From NCBI GenBank assembly GCA_045114615.1, contig JBGUKU010000099.1, forward strand, positions 1,385-65,384: 64,000 nucleotides of DNA. Direction: 5' to 3'. The position numbers and the translations under genes were made by a program. Positions 1 to 9,821 of the stretch are shown piece after piece. Every line of letters starts with the position of its first letter. Within the stretch, counting starts at the first letter, position 1. This stretch comes from Anaerovoracaceae bacterium. Its GTDB lineage: Bacteria > Bacillota > Clostridia > Peptostreptococcales > Anaerovoracaceae. The notes under the pieces are model-generated. The model was not told the origin of the DNA and made no database searches. It saw nothing but the letters and a program-made list of their open reading frames with translations.

Positions 1-745
1 TGTATACCTTGCCCATGTCGAACTTCAGGAAGTCTGCACTTCTGAGCATCGCTATCAGAATAGGCAGCGTCCTCTTGCTGTTTTCCTGAAGAACCAGCGC
101 CGGGATGAAGTAATTGTTCCAGTTCTGTACGAAAGCGAATATCGCCTGTACTGCGAGCGCCGGTTTCATGATAGGAATCACCACTCTGTTGAAAGTATGG
201 AATTCACTGGAACCATCTATCCTTGCTGCTTCCACAAGCTCAAGAGGCAGACTGGACTGCATATAGCTGTACATGAAGTAGAACACAGCAGGAGCTGCCA
301 CTGAAGGCAGGATGAGAGGATAAAGCGTATTGATCATCCCCATCTTTGTAATGACATTAATGAATCCCATCGCGGATACCTGAGTAGGCATAACCAGTAT
401 CAGCATTATGAAGATAAATGCCGGCTTCTTAAGCTTGAAATCATATGCATACAAGCCGTATGCCGTTAGGGCTGAGAAATATGTTGCCAATATGGCACAG
501 CATGCAGATACGATCAGACTGTTTTTTATGCCTGAGAGCACCGGGAGCTTGGCATCATGTATGACACTGTTGAAATTCTTTGAGAAAGAACTTCCCGGCA
601 GGAATGAGAATCCCGCCTGTATCTGCTGATGGCTCCTTGTGCAGTTGATCACAAGTATGTAGAAGAAGAACAGGCACAGGAACGTCAGTAGTATCAGTAC
701 TATATATGCAATGACTGTTCTTGCATGTGAAGGCTTCTTATCCAT
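1..745 (-). CDS. ABC sugar transporter permease (MalG/UgpE-like), C-terminus cut by window edge
   Basis: Absent from the ORF track because it has no stop in the window. Manual minus-strand translation from ATG 745 gives MDKKPSHARTVIAYIVLILL...LVEAARIDGSSEFHTFNRVVIPIMKPAL..., a multi-TM protein with the EAA loop of binding-protein-dependent permeases. Its start overlaps the upstream permease stop by 8 nt. Confidence 0.85.
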   Translation of the reverse strand, partial: MDKKPSHARTVIAYIVLILLTFLCLFFFYILVINCTRSHQQIQAGFSFLPGSSFSKNFNSVIHDAKLPVLSGIKNSLIVSACCAILATYFSALTAYGLYAYDFKLKKPAFIFIMLILVMPTQVSAMGFINVITKMGMINTLYPLILPSVAAPAVFYFMYSYMQSSLPLELVEAARIDGSSEFHTFNRVVIPIMKPALAVQAIFAFVQNWNNYFIPALVLQENSKRTLPILIAMLRSADFLKFDMGKVY

Positions 746-1709
746 TGACTGCCTCCTTTCTAGGTTTAAACCTGTCTCTCTTCTTTGTCTTTCTGTCATT
801 TTCCGTCGGATTCAGGTTGAAATACACTAGCAGACAAAGTATCGCGCATATTATGAACAATACTACTGAGATAGCACCGGCCATTCCGTAGTTCTTGCTA
901 TACAGATGGTTGTTAAGGAACATTATCAGTGTTGTGACCGTACGGTCAGGTGATCCCTTTCCGTTAGTGAGGATCTGCGGTACATCGAACATCTGGAGTC
1001 CGCCGATCATCGATGTTATCAGTACGTATACCAGGATTGGTCTTATCATCGGCAGCGTTACCCTGAAGAATGTCTGTCTTGGTGAACAGCCATCAAGTTC
1101 TGCCGCTTCAAACAGAGACGGGTTGATTCCCATTACAGCTGCCATGAGAAGTATCGTGGTATTACCGAACCACATAAGGAAGTTCATGAGGGCTACCAGT
1201 CCGCGCGTTCCCTTTACTGAAGCAAGGAACCTGAATGGTGTCTTTAAGATACCCATCGATACCAGCGACGCGTTGACAGGCCCGTTCTCTGAGAACAGAG
1301 CGAAGAAAAGCATGGCGAATGCAGATGCCATTATCAGGTTAGGCATGTAAATGACAACCTTGAAGAACTGCTTGCCTTTGATTTTCAGCCTTATATCTGT
1401 AAACCATGCAGCAAGAAGCAGCGATATGATTATCTGCGGGATGAACCCTGCCAGCCACAGTATAACTGTATTGCCTGCGTACTTAAGGAAATCGCTCTGC
1501 ATGAGCTCCTTGTAATTCTCCAAGCCAACCGGATTAGGCCCTATGATTGTCAGTCCGGAACGATAATACTCAAAGAAGCTGTAGTAAATTGTCTGTGCCA
1601 GCGGAATAAGCTGGAATATTGTGAAAGCTATGAAGAAAGGTGCAATAAATATATATCCCCATTTCGCATAGCTTATTTGTTTTATTTCGGATTTATTACT
1701 CTTAAACAT
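738..1709 (-). CDS. ABC sugar transporter permease (MalF/UgpA-like)
   Basis: 323 aa with multiple TM segments and the EAA loop EAAELDGCSPRQTFFRVTLPMIRPIL. AGGAGG RBS lies before ATG 1709. The gene sits between the binding-protein gene and the second permease. Confidence 0.9.
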   Translation of the reverse strand: MFKSNKSEIKQISYAKWGYIFIAPFFIAFTIFQLIPLAQTIYYSFFEYYRSGLTIIGPNPVGLENYKELMQSDFLKYAGNTVILWLAGFIPQIIISLLLAAWFTDIRLKIKGKQFFKVVIYMPNLIMASAFAMLFFALFSENGPVNASLVSMGILKTPFRFLASVKGTRGLVALMNFLMWFGNTTILLMAAVMGINPSLFEAAELDGCSPRQTFFRVTLPMIRPILVYVLITSMIGGLQMFDVPQILTNGKGSPDRTVTTLIMFLNNHLYSKNYGMAGAISVVLFIICAILCLLVYFNLNPTENDRKTKKRDRFKPRKEAVNG

Positions 1710-1790
1710 GGTGACCTCCTGAGTCGGGGATCTGTTTTCCTAAAATTTAAGGGGTGACCTGCCGGCCACCCCCATTAAGCATGGCTGAAA

Positions 1791-3182
1791 TTATTCCGGC
1801 CAATTAACTGTTTCGATCTCTGGATAGATTTCCTTGATGGCAGTCTCGAAGTTAGCCTTAGCTCCGTCAAGATCAACGTTGCCGTCGAAGTAATCCTTCA
1901 TGGAGTTCTGCATTTTCTCAATAACGCCCTGGTCATATGGCGAAGCGATCTTCAGGCTCAGGCCGGCTGCAGAATCGGAAAGCAGAGCGTAGTGGTTCTG
2001 TCCGCCGAGGAAGGAGTTGCCTTCATAGTTTGCAGCGAGGTCAGCGATAACGGACTTGCTGTTAACGAAGTCACCCTTGTCGACTGCGATCTTGTTAAGG
2101 ATGTCAGCATCTGTTGTCATCTTGATCATGATGTCTGCGATGAGATCAGCGTTGTCAGTTCCGGTTGCAGCGGTTATCCATGTACCGCCCCAGCACCAGG
2201 ACACAGGTCCTACGCATACTGCATAGTCTCCCCATGCGCTCTTCTCTGGATCCTTTGTTTCATCCGGATCAGCATTTCCTGTCAGAGTGAAGTCGATTTC
2301 CCATGTGCATGCAGGGATGCAGAATGCCTTGCCGTCCTTGCCCTGATCAGCTGCCCATTCAGCAGACCAGAGAGAAGTCTTGTTGTTCCAGCCCTTATCT
2401 GTGTAGTCCTTAGTCATGGTTACCCAATCCATGATGTTCTTATCGATGTTAAGGGTCTTTCCATCCTCTACGAAAGGAGCTGCATCATTGTTGTAGAAAG
2501 GTCTGAATGTGTCATCATATCCGGAAAGCATCTTATATCCGGCATCAGACATCTTCTGTGCTGTCTCTGCGAACTTGTCCCAGTCAGCAAGAGCTTCCTG
2601 TACAACTTCAGGATCATCAGATCCGAGTACTTCCTTAGCAATTGAACGTCTGTAAGCGATCAGTCCCGGGCAAGCCTGCCAGGAAACGCCCTTTACATTG
2701 CCGTCAGCGTCTGAAACTACTTCTTTAGTATAATCATACTGATCTGCTGTTGCATCAAGCACTCCAGGAAGATCAGCAACTTTCATTGTTGCATCGGAAT
2801 TGGTGTACTTCCTTGCATAGTCAGCCTCTACGAGGAACATGTCTACCTTGCTGTCAGTATCTGCACTCTCCTGAGCGAGAAGAGCTTCGTCAAGCTTGTT
2901 CTGATAGTTGTTGCCTTCGTTTGGCTCGATGATCCAGTTAACTACTGTTCCGTCTTTCAGTGTAGTTGTGGATCCGTCCTCTGCTACCTCAGCGACCTCT
3001 GGATAATAGTCGTTGAAGCGTGTCTGGAATTCGTCGTTCCAGCACCAGATGTTAAGTACCTTGCCGCCTTCAGAAGCCGCTGCTTCTTCACCGCCGCCGC
3101 TGTTACCGCCGCATGCTGTCATTCCGAAAATCATGGCTGCTGCGAGTGCGATACTCAGGACTGCTTTAAATCCCCTTTTCAT
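1791..3182 (-). CDS. Extracellular sugar-binding lipoprotein of the ABC transporter
   Basis: 463 aa. N-terminal signal peptide with lipobox-like FGMTAC followed by a G/S/E linker. Size and W/D/N-rich composition are typical of family-1 solute-binding proteins. AAGGAGG RBS. First gene of the permease operon. Confidence 0.85.
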   Translation of the reverse strand: MKRGFKAVLSIALAAAMIFGMTACGGNSGGGEEAAASEGGKVLNIWCWNDEFQTRFNDYYPEVAEVAEDGSTTTLKDGTVVNWIIEPNEGNNYQNKLDEALLAQESADTDSKVDMFLVEADYARKYTNSDATMKVADLPGVLDATADQYDYTKEVVSDADGNVKGVSWQACPGLIAYRRSIAKEVLGSDDPEVVQEALADWDKFAETAQKMSDAGYKMLSGYDDTFRPFYNNDAAPFVEDGKTLNIDKNIMDWVTMTKDYTDKGWNNKTSLWSAEWAADQGKDGKAFCIPACTWEIDFTLTGNADPDETKDPEKSAWGDYAVCVGPVSWCWGGTWITAATGTDNADLIADIMIKMTTDADILNKIAVDKGDFVNSKSVIADLAANYEGNSFLGGQNHYALLSDSAAGLSLKIASPYDQGVIEKMQNSMKDYFDGNVDLDGAKANFETAIKEIYPEIETVNWPE

Positions 3183-3211
3183 AGTTATCCTCCTTGCAAT
3201 AATAGGTGGGT

Positions 3212-4222
3212 CTATTCACTTTCCCACTTTCTGACACTGTTTCCGCTAAGAAACTCCCCCGACACCATGATCTGTTCGGCTACACTCGTGCCTTCTATCG
3301 ATTCCACAAGCTTGCGTACCGATTCTTTTCCTATTTTGTCAGCGTTCTGATACCATGTGGTCAGCTGAGGATTCAGTATCTTTGAAAGATTGATGCCGTC
3401 ATATCCGCATACGCTTATATCATCCGGTATGCTCAGCCCTCTTTCAAGGATCTCGGTCTGCCCTCCTATGAATGAGAAATCGTCTGGGAACATGATCGCC
3501 GTAGGCGGTTCTTCCAGATCGAGCAGTGCCGCTGTTGCCTTCCTGACCGAATCAGCATTGTGATATCTGGCTTCGACCATGTATTCAGGAGGAGTCTTGA
3601 TGCCGTACTCCTGCATGGCACGATTGAATCCTCTGATACGCTTCTGCGTTACCAGTGTGCGCTCGCCATGGATGAAAGCGATCCTTCTGTGACCCTGCTC
3701 AGCCAGGTAAGATGCCAGTCTGTATGATCCCTCCTGGTTGTCTGAAACTATCGAACTCAGATTGTCAAATGAGTAGTCGATGGTCACCACCGGTACATCA
3801 CTCTTGACAAGTTCGAGCACTTCCGGGTTCTGGAAGTCAACACTTGCTATAACGACTCCGTCGCAGTTCCTGTACTTGCAGTGCTGCAGAAATGACATCT
3901 TCTGTCTGCCTATGTTGTTGCTGATAAAAGTGATGTCATATCCGCTGGCCTCTGCCTCCTCCTTTACGCTGTTAAGGATGAGTGAGAAGAACTCGTGTGT
4001 CAGACCGCTCATGGTGTCATCGACGAACAGCACTCCGATATTATGGGATCTGTTTGTCTTGAGCAGCCTGGCCGCAGCATTCGGCATGTAATTGAGCTTA
4101 CGTGCCGTTCGCTTGACCAGCTCTACTGTTTCGGGACTTATTTCGTCGTATCCGTTAAGTGCCTTCGAAACAGTGGCCGGGGAAACGCCGCATTCCTTGG
4201 AGATATCTTTTATTGTTACCAT
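3212..4222 (-). CDS. LacI-family transcriptional repressor
   Basis: N-terminal HTH MVTIKDISKECGVSPATVSKALNG followed by a periplasmic-binding-protein-like sugar-binding core. Start refined to ATG 4222 (AAGGA RBS) rather than the track start at 4243. Confidence 0.9.
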   Translation of the reverse strand: MVTIKDISKECGVSPATVSKALNGYDEISPETVELVKRTARKLNYMPNAAARLLKTNRSHNIGVLFVDDTMSGLTHEFFSLILNSVKEEAEASGYDITFISNNIGRQKMSFLQHCKYRNCDGVVIASVDFQNPEVLELVKSDVPVVTIDYSFDNLSSIVSDNQEGSYRLASYLAEQGHRRIAFIHGERTLVTQKRIRGFNRAMQEYGIKTPPEYMVEARYHNADSVRKATAALLDLEEPPTAIMFPDDFSFIGGQTEILERGLSIPDDISVCGYDGINLSKILNPQLTTWYQNADKIGKESVRKLVESIEGTSVAEQIMVSGEFLSGNSVRKWESE

Positions 4223-4258
4223 TTGATTTCCTTTCTGCAGCATTCCAGCGAAAACGTG

Positions 4259-4272
4259 CGAATACGTTTTCG
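4259..4272. promoter_or_regulatory. Putative LacI-type operator O1 (CGAATACGTTTTCG)
   Basis: 14-bp near-palindrome with a central CG, located just upstream of the lacI-family gene start. It is the exact reverse complement of O3. Confidence 0.55.
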
Positions 4273-4290
4273 TAGCCTCATTGTAATTTA

Positions 4291-4304
4291 CTAAAACGTT
4301 TTCG
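4291..4304. promoter_or_regulatory. Putative LacI-type operator O2 (CTAAAACGTTTTCG)
   Basis: 14-bp near-palindrome (core AAAACGTTTT is a perfect palindrome) in the divergent intergenic region. Confidence 0.5.
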
Positions 4305-4399
4305 TCAATACATTTCGCAACATTTTTTGTAAATTTTTTGAATCAGGCTGCTTTTTGCTGCACTTTTCTAGATTATACACTATTTTTTTAAATTTATCC

Positions 4400-4429
4400 T
4401 TTACAAATTGTATTCTCGGGCCATATAAT
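4400..4429 (+). promoter_or_regulatory. Putative sigma-A promoter of the GH94 gene (TTTACA-18 nt-TATAAT)
   Basis: -35 TTTACA at 4400-4405 and -10 TATAAT at 4424-4429, about 45 nt upstream of ATG 4475. Operator O3 lies just downstream. Confidence 0.5.
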
Positions 4430-4442
4430 ATGCTTAAGTTTA

Positions 4443-4456
4443 CGAAAACGTATTCG
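4443..4456. promoter_or_regulatory. Putative LacI-type operator O3 (CGAAAACGTATTCG)
   Basis: 14-bp near-palindrome between the predicted -10 box and the GAGGGAG RBS of the phosphorylase gene, which is a roadblock position. It is an identical inverted copy of O1. Confidence 0.55.
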
Positions 4457-4474
4457 CTAATGAGGGAGCGCTAT

Positions 4475-6907
4475 ATGAAATTTGGATTTTTCGATGACAT
4501 CCATAATGAATATGTGATAACAACGCCAGAGACTCCCCTTCCGTGGATCAACTACCTCGGATCGCAGGATTTCTTCAGGCTTATTTCTAACACATCAGGA
4601 GGCTATTGCTTTTATAAAGATGCGAAACTGATGAGGCTTACCCGCTATCGCTACAACAACAGCCCTATGGACTGCAGCGGACATTACTTCTATATAAAAG
4701 ATGGAAACTGTGTATGGAATCCGGGCTGGCAGCCGGTAAAGACCCCTCTTGACTCATACAGATGCAGGCATGGTCTGGGATATACCGTGTTCGAAAGTTC
4801 CAGAAATGGACTTGATGCAGTTCAGGAAGTGTTCGTTCCTCTTCATGAGAACTGCGAACTTTCCAGAATTACTATGATGAACATGTCTTCGGAACCCAAA
4901 GAGATAGATCTGTACAGTTATGTAGAGTTCTGTCTGTGGGATGCCCAGGATGATGCCTCCAACTTCCAGAGGAACTTCTCTATCGGTGAGGTGGAAGTCG
5001 AAGGAAGCACAATTTACCACAAAACTGAATACCGTGAGCGCAGAAATCACTACTCGATGTTCTACGTCAATAAGGATATATGCGGATTCGATACAAGCCG
5101 CGACGCTTTTGTCGGTATATATAATGGAGCAGACAGGCCTCGCGCTGTTGAAGCCGGCGTCAGCTATGACAGTATTGCCCACGGATGGGCTCCTGTCGGC
5201 AGCCACCATCTGAAATTCACACTGGAGCCGGGAAAGATGTATTCGTGCATCTTTATTCTCGGATACTGTGAGAACCCATATGAAAAGAAATTCTCGGCTC
5301 CGGGAGTTATTAACAAGGAGCCTGCAGACAGGCTTATCTCACTGTTCGGTACTGACGATCAGTTTGATGCCGCCCTGCATGCTCTCAGGATTTACTGGAA
5401 AGAACTCCTTTCAAGTTACAAGGTAGTTTCCGGAAATGAAAAACTCGACAGAGCCGTTAATATCTGGAACCAGTATCAGTGCATGGTAACGTTCAACATG
5501 AGCAGATCTGCCAGCTATTATGAGAGCGGACTCGGACGCGGTATGGGATTCCGCGATTCCTGCCAGGATCTCCTCGGTTTCGTGCATCTGATACCTGAGA
5601 GAGCTCGTGAAAGAATACTCGATATCGCAAATACGCAGTTCCCTGACGGCAGTGCATATCATCAGTATCAGCCTCTTACAAAGCGAGGCAACATGGCAGT
5701 CGGAAGCGGATTCAATGACGACCCTCTCTGGCTGATCGCCTGTGTCTCCGCATACATCAAAGAGACCGGAGGCTTCAGCATACTTGATGAGCAGTGCACT
5801 TACGACAACAACATAAACGACATGGCTCCTCTTCTGGATCACCTCAGAAAGAGCTTCGATTATACGACCACACACCTCGGTCCGCATTCCCTTCCTCTCA
5901 TCGGACGCGCGGACTGGAATGACTGTCTGAATCTCAACTGCTTTTCGGAACATCCGGGTGAAAGCTTCCAGATAACCGGTCCAAGCGAAGGTCCGGTAGC
6001 AGAAAGCGTATTCATAGCCGGTATGTATGTGAAGTACGGTATCGAATTTGCCGACATACTTACACACATCGGATGTGATGAGGAAGCCGCCGGGATCATG
6101 AACCTGGTGGAGAAAATGCGTTCAGCCGTACTGGATGCAGGCTGGGACGGAGAATGGTTCAGGCGTGCATATGACGCTTTCGGTCATCCTGTCGGAAGCA
6201 AGGAATGCGAGGAAGGCCGCATATTCATAGAGCCTCAGGGCATGTGTGTTATGGCAGGCATAGGAACAGAGACCGGAGAGGCTGAGAAAGCTCTCAGAAG
6301 TGTAGAAAAACATCTTGAAACCGAATACGGTATCATGGTGCATCAGCCTGCTTATACAAAATATCACCTCGAACTTGGCGAGATATCATCCTACCCTCCT
6401 GGTTACAAGGAGAATGCAGGTATCTTCTGTCACTGCAATCCATGGATAGTCATATCAGAGGCTATGCTGGGACACGGCAACCGCGCCTTCGATGTATACC
6501 GCAAGACTAATCCGGTATTCCTTGAGGACATAAGTGAGATACACCGTACTGAACCATATGCATACTGTCAGATGATCGCAGGCCGGGATGCTGCGACACA
6601 CGGTGAAGGCAAAAACAGCTGGCTCACCGGTACTGCGGCATGGTCATTCGTAGCCGTCAGCCAGTACATTCTGGGAATCAGGCCTGAGCTTGACGGACTT
6701 CGCGTAGACCCTTGTCTGCCTGCAGATATCGATTCATTCAGCTGCGTGCGCAGATTCAGGGGATCGACCTATCATATAAGTGTTGAGAACAGGTCGGGCG
6801 GTCGGAGAGGCACTGCTTCAGTCACTGTTAACGGACAGCCTTCCGGCAACCTTATACCGGTGCCGGATGAATCATCAGACATTGACATCCGCATCATAAT
6901 CAGTTAA
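4475..6907 (+). CDS. cbp: GH94 cellobiose phosphorylase (cellobiose/cellodextrin/chitobiose phosphorylase family)
   Basis: 810 aa from ATG 4475 with a GAGGGAG RBS. The track's TTG start at 4355 adds 40 implausible residues. The N-terminus [29 protein letters not shown]...RYRYNN matches the characteristic N-terminus of cellobiose phosphorylases as I remember it, and the length is typical. Confidence 0.85.
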   Translation: MKFGFFDDIHNEYVITTPETPLPWINYLGSQDFFRLISNTSGGYCFYKDAKLMRLTRYRYNNSPMDCSGHYFYIKDGNCVWNPGWQPVKTPLDSYRCRHGLGYTVFESSRNGLDAVQEVFVPLHENCELSRITMMNMSSEPKEIDLYSYVEFCLWDAQDDASNFQRNFSIGEVEVEGSTIYHKTEYRERRNHYSMFYVNKDICGFDTSRDAFVGIYNGADRPRAVEAGVSYDSIAHGWAPVGSHHLKFTLEPGKMYSCIFILGYCENPYEKKFSAPGVINKEPADRLISLFGTDDQFDAALHALRIYWKELLSSYKVVSGNEKLDRAVNIWNQYQCMVTFNMSRSASYYESGLGRGMGFRDSCQDLLGFVHLIPERARERILDIANTQFPDGSAYHQYQPLTKRGNMAVGSGFNDDPLWLIACVSAYIKETGGFSILDEQCTYDNNINDMAPLLDHLRKSFDYTTTHLGPHSLPLIGRADWNDCLNLNCFSEHPGESFQITGPSEGPVAESVFIAGMYVKYGIEFADILTHIGCDEEAAGIMNLVEKMRSAVLDAGWDGEWFRRAYDAFGHPVGSKECEEGRIFIEPQGMCVMAGIGTETGEAEKALRSVEKHLETEYGIMVHQPAYTKYHLELGEISSYPPGYKENAGIFCHCNPWIVISEAMLGHGNRAFDVYRKTNPVFLEDISEIHRTEPYAYCQMIAGRDAATHGEGKNSWLTGTAAWSFVAVSQYILGIRPELDGLRVDPCLPADIDSFSCVRRFRGSTYHISVENRSGGRRGTASVTVNGQPSGNLIPVPDESSDIDIRIIIS

Positions 6908-6941
6908 TTCTTTTTCTTCATACATATTCCATAATATAAAT

Positions 6942-6997
6942 ACGATTCCGCGATCTTACGTATAGTGCAGTACGCAAGATCGCGGAATCGTTTTATT
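6942..6997. terminator. Bidirectional rho-independent terminator between convergent cbp and GH5 genes
   Basis: Arms CGATTCCGCGATCTT (6943-6957) and AAGATCGCGGAATCG (6976-6990) form a perfect 15-bp stem, extendable further, followed by TTTTATT. Confidence 0.8.
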
Positions 6998-7023
6998 AAG
7001 CTAATTTACCGTGACATGCAGTT

Positions 7024-7959
7024 TCAGAGGTATTTTATCAGTTCCTCCCTGACCCCATCCATGCGGGCATCGCTTAAGCCGAAATCCATCTGCTTGTAGC
7101 TCCAGGCAGTTCTTGATATTCCATGCCGCTCGAACACCTTATATATGACCTTGTACCATTCAAGAGCTTCCTCGGGTGAAACTACGTCTATTACGCCGTA
7201 TTCTCCGCAGTAGAGATCTGCCCCATGCTCTGCTGCCTTCGAGAGCGCGGACTGAAAGAGTTCCTCGAACATATCTTCAGTAGTGCCTGAATCCCTGAAT
7301 GCCACTCTCTTTTCCTTATCCAGTCTGGGATCCCAGTATGCACCCTGATGCGTGAAGTCATGGGGTTCATAACAATGGAAGCTGTAAGCGACAAGGTTGT
7401 CCTGCGGAGCATCAAGGTCCTTTACCGCTCTTACATCGTTATAATCATAGCTGCCTATCACAATCGCTGTCTCTGGAGCAAATCTGCGGATACGCCTGAT
7501 GCACTCTGCAGATATCTTCTTCCACTCAGGCAAATACGATGCATCCGTGATCTCGTTGAGAAGATCGAATGCAACGTTCTCATGATCACTTCCGAACTCC
7601 CCGGCCAGTCTTTCCCAGAGCTTAAGGAATCTCTCCTGGTATTCCCTGTTATCGAAAAATCCGGATTCCTGCTCGCCTGCATCGAAGGAATATCCCGGCG
7701 CTTTATGAAGATCGAGCATGACGTTCAGTCCGCAGCGCTTTGCCGCATCCACTGCCCTTCTGATCCTCTCTATACCGTCATCCATGAGTTCAGCAACATC
7801 GTAGTCCACAGGAAGTCTTACATGATCGGCTCCCCACGATGCTATTGTCTCAAAGTCCTTTTCTGTTATAAAGCCGTTGAGCCTTTCAAGGCTGTAGTCG
7901 CACTGCGACATCCACCCTCCGAGGTTGACTCCTTTGTAAAAACCTTTTTCTTTAAGCAC
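7024..7959 (-). CDS. Intracellular glycoside hydrolase family 5 (cellulase-family; candidate cellodextrinase)
   Basis: 311 aa with no signal peptide. GVNLGGW start, acid/base motif LLNEI and nucleophile motif CGEYG are typical of GH5. GTG start preceded by AAAGGGGAG. Confidence 0.75.
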   Translation of the reverse strand: MLKEKGFYKGVNLGGWMSQCDYSLERLNGFITEKDFETIASWGADHVRLPVDYDVAELMDDGIERIRRAVDAAKRCGLNVMLDLHKAPGYSFDAGEQESGFFDNREYQERFLKLWERLAGEFGSDHENVAFDLLNEITDASYLPEWKKISAECIRRIRRFAPETAIVIGSYDYNDVRAVKDLDAPQDNLVAYSFHCYEPHDFTHQGAYWDPRLDKEKRVAFRDSGTTEDMFEELFQSALSKAAEHGADLYCGEYGVIDVVSPEEALEWYKVIYKVFERHGISRTAWSYKQMDFGLSDARMDGVREELIKYL

Positions 7960-8066
7960 TTTGCTCCCCTTTCACGTCCCAAATTCTGATTTATGCGCTG
8001 CATTTATGATATATTAGTTATCGATTAAAAGCCATCGCTTATTCATTAGAAGAGAGAGTTGTTTCC

Positions 8067-9812
8067 ATGATCAGAAAGCTCATGTTCCGCCTGCTTCCGG
8101 TACAGGTTATTCTGGCAGCCGTAAGCACTGTAAATATGATAGTATCCAGCTACTTTGCCAGCAACTATGTAGGCACAGAGGCGATGAGTGCTGTTGGTTT
8201 ATACGGACCGCTCAACATGTTCTTCGGAGCGGTAGCTGTTATGCTGGTCGGCGGTTCGTCCATACTCTGCGGTGAATACCTCGGTCAGAACCGTCAGGAT
8301 AAGCTGCAGGAAGTCTACTCTCTCGACCTTTTATTATCAGCTATGGCCGGACTTCTTTTTGCTGTATTAGTTATATTCCTGGCTATTTTTGACCTGACAG
8401 GATTTCTTACCCAGGATGCGGTAGTGCGCCCTTTGCTGAACCGGTATCTCATCGGCCAGGCAATCGGCATCGTTCCTCTCATACTCAGCAGCCAGTTCGC
8501 GTCATTTCTGTTCATCGAAAACAAAGGGCGCATAACTCAACTGGCGGTGCTCGTTTTCATAATTGTAAATCTTGTGCTGAACTATCTGTTTGTTGCGGTG
8601 ATGCATATGGAAGCATTCGGGCTCGCGCTTGCTTCGTCCATAGGAATGTGGGCATACCTTGCAGTAGAAGCATGGTATTTCGTATCGGGCAGATCGCATC
8701 TGCGCTTCACCCTGAAAAAGCCAGATCCTAAGGAAAGCGCAAACCTGTTCAGGATCGGCCTCCCGGGCGCCATGATCAACGGATACCAGACCTTCCGCGG
8801 CCTGATAGTCAACAAACTGCTCGAAGTATATGTCGGTGCTGTAGGAATATCCGCATTTGCTGCAGCAAACAACCTTCTGGCCCTATTCTGGGCTGTACCT
8901 GTCGGTATGCAGGCCGTGTCGCGCATGCTCATGAGCGTCGCTATCGGTGAAGAAGACCGCAGGTCCCTGACGGAAGTGATGAGGGTCGCTGTCAGACAGT
9001 ATATCCCGCTGATGTGTGTAATTTCTGCGGCATTGATCCTTTTGGCACAGCCACTGACATATATCTTCTATAAAGATCCTTCAGATCCAGTATATATGAT
9101 GACCGTCTGGGGCTTCCGTATACTGCCGCTCTGCATGCCTCTCGGTATCTTCTGCATGCACTACGTAAGCTACGCACAGGCAACAGACAGGCAGCGTTTT
9201 GTACATGTTCTTACGCTGTTTGACGGTCTGATCAGCGTATCTCTCTTTACAGCCATACTGATCCCGTTCCTGGGCATGAATAGTGTATATATCGCGAATG
9301 TTATCAACGGCATCGTTTCGGTCCTGATCATAATCTTATATGCAGCAAAAATGGCCGGACACTTCCCTCGCACAATGGATGAGCTGATGGTGATACCCGA
9401 CAGTTTTGGAGCAGGTGAAGATGAATTTACAGAGATCTCAGTAAGGAACATTGACGAAGCCGTCAGCATATCTCAGCATATACAGGAATTCTGCCTTAGC
9501 AAAGGCATAGACAGGCGCAGATCTTACTACGGAGGTCTGGCCGCAGAAGAAATGGTGGTCAATGTGATAGACCATGGTTTTACCAAGGATAAAAAAGACC
9601 ACTCCGTTGATGTCAGAGTGGTCTGTAAAGACAATGAGATTATTCTGCGTATCAAGGACGACTGCGTGCCGTTTGACCCTGAGGAGCGAAACCATCTTAC
9701 CGAAGGCGGCGATGCTGCATCCAACATAGGCATACGCATGATCTATTCCATCGCGAAAAACATTAAATATCAGAATCTTTTCGGTCTGAATGTGCTTACT
9801 ATACGAATTTAG
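8067..9812 (+). CDS. MATE-like 12-TM transporter fused to a C-terminal RsbW/SpoIIAB-like (HATPase_c_2) domain
   Basis: 581 aa. Residues 1-~440 are polytopic and MATE-like. Residues ~455-581 carry an N-box-like AEEMVVNVIDHGF and a G1-like IKDDCVPFDPEE, as in anti-sigma serine kinases. Confidence 0.7.
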   Translation: MIRKLMFRLLPVQVILAAVSTVNMIVSSYFASNYVGTEAMSAVGLYGPLNMFFGAVAVMLVGGSSILCGEYLGQNRQDKLQEVYSLDLLLSAMAGLLFAVLVIFLAIFDLTGFLTQDAVVRPLLNRYLIGQAIGIVPLILSSQFASFLFIENKGRITQLAVLVFIIVNLVLNYLFVAVMHMEAFGLALASSIGMWAYLAVEAWYFVSGRSHLRFTLKKPDPKESANLFRIGLPGAMINGYQTFRGLIVNKLLEVYVGAVGISAFAAANNLLALFWAVPVGMQAVSRMLMSVAIGEEDRRSLTEVMRVAVRQYIPLMCVISAALILLAQPLTYIFYKDPSDPVYMMTVWGFRILPLCMPLGIFCMHYVSYAQATDRQRFVHVLTLFDGLISVSLFTAILIPFLGMNSVYIANVINGIVSVLIIILYAAKMAGHFPRTMDELMVIPDSFGAGEDEFTEISVRNIDEAVSISQHIQEFCLSKGIDRRRSYYGGLAAEEMVVNVIDHGFTKDKKDHSVDVRVVCKDNEIILRIKDDCVPFDPEERNHLTEGGDAASNIGIRMIYSIAKNIKYQNLFGLNVLTIRI

Positions 9813-9821
9813 GCCCTGCTC

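Noticed and set aside
4355-4474. TTG-initiated 40-codon N-terminal extension of the GH94 ORF
   Set aside because: The extension would cover the predicted promoter and operator O3. The ATG at 4475 has a GAGGGAG RBS and yields the canonical MKFGFFDD... N-terminus.
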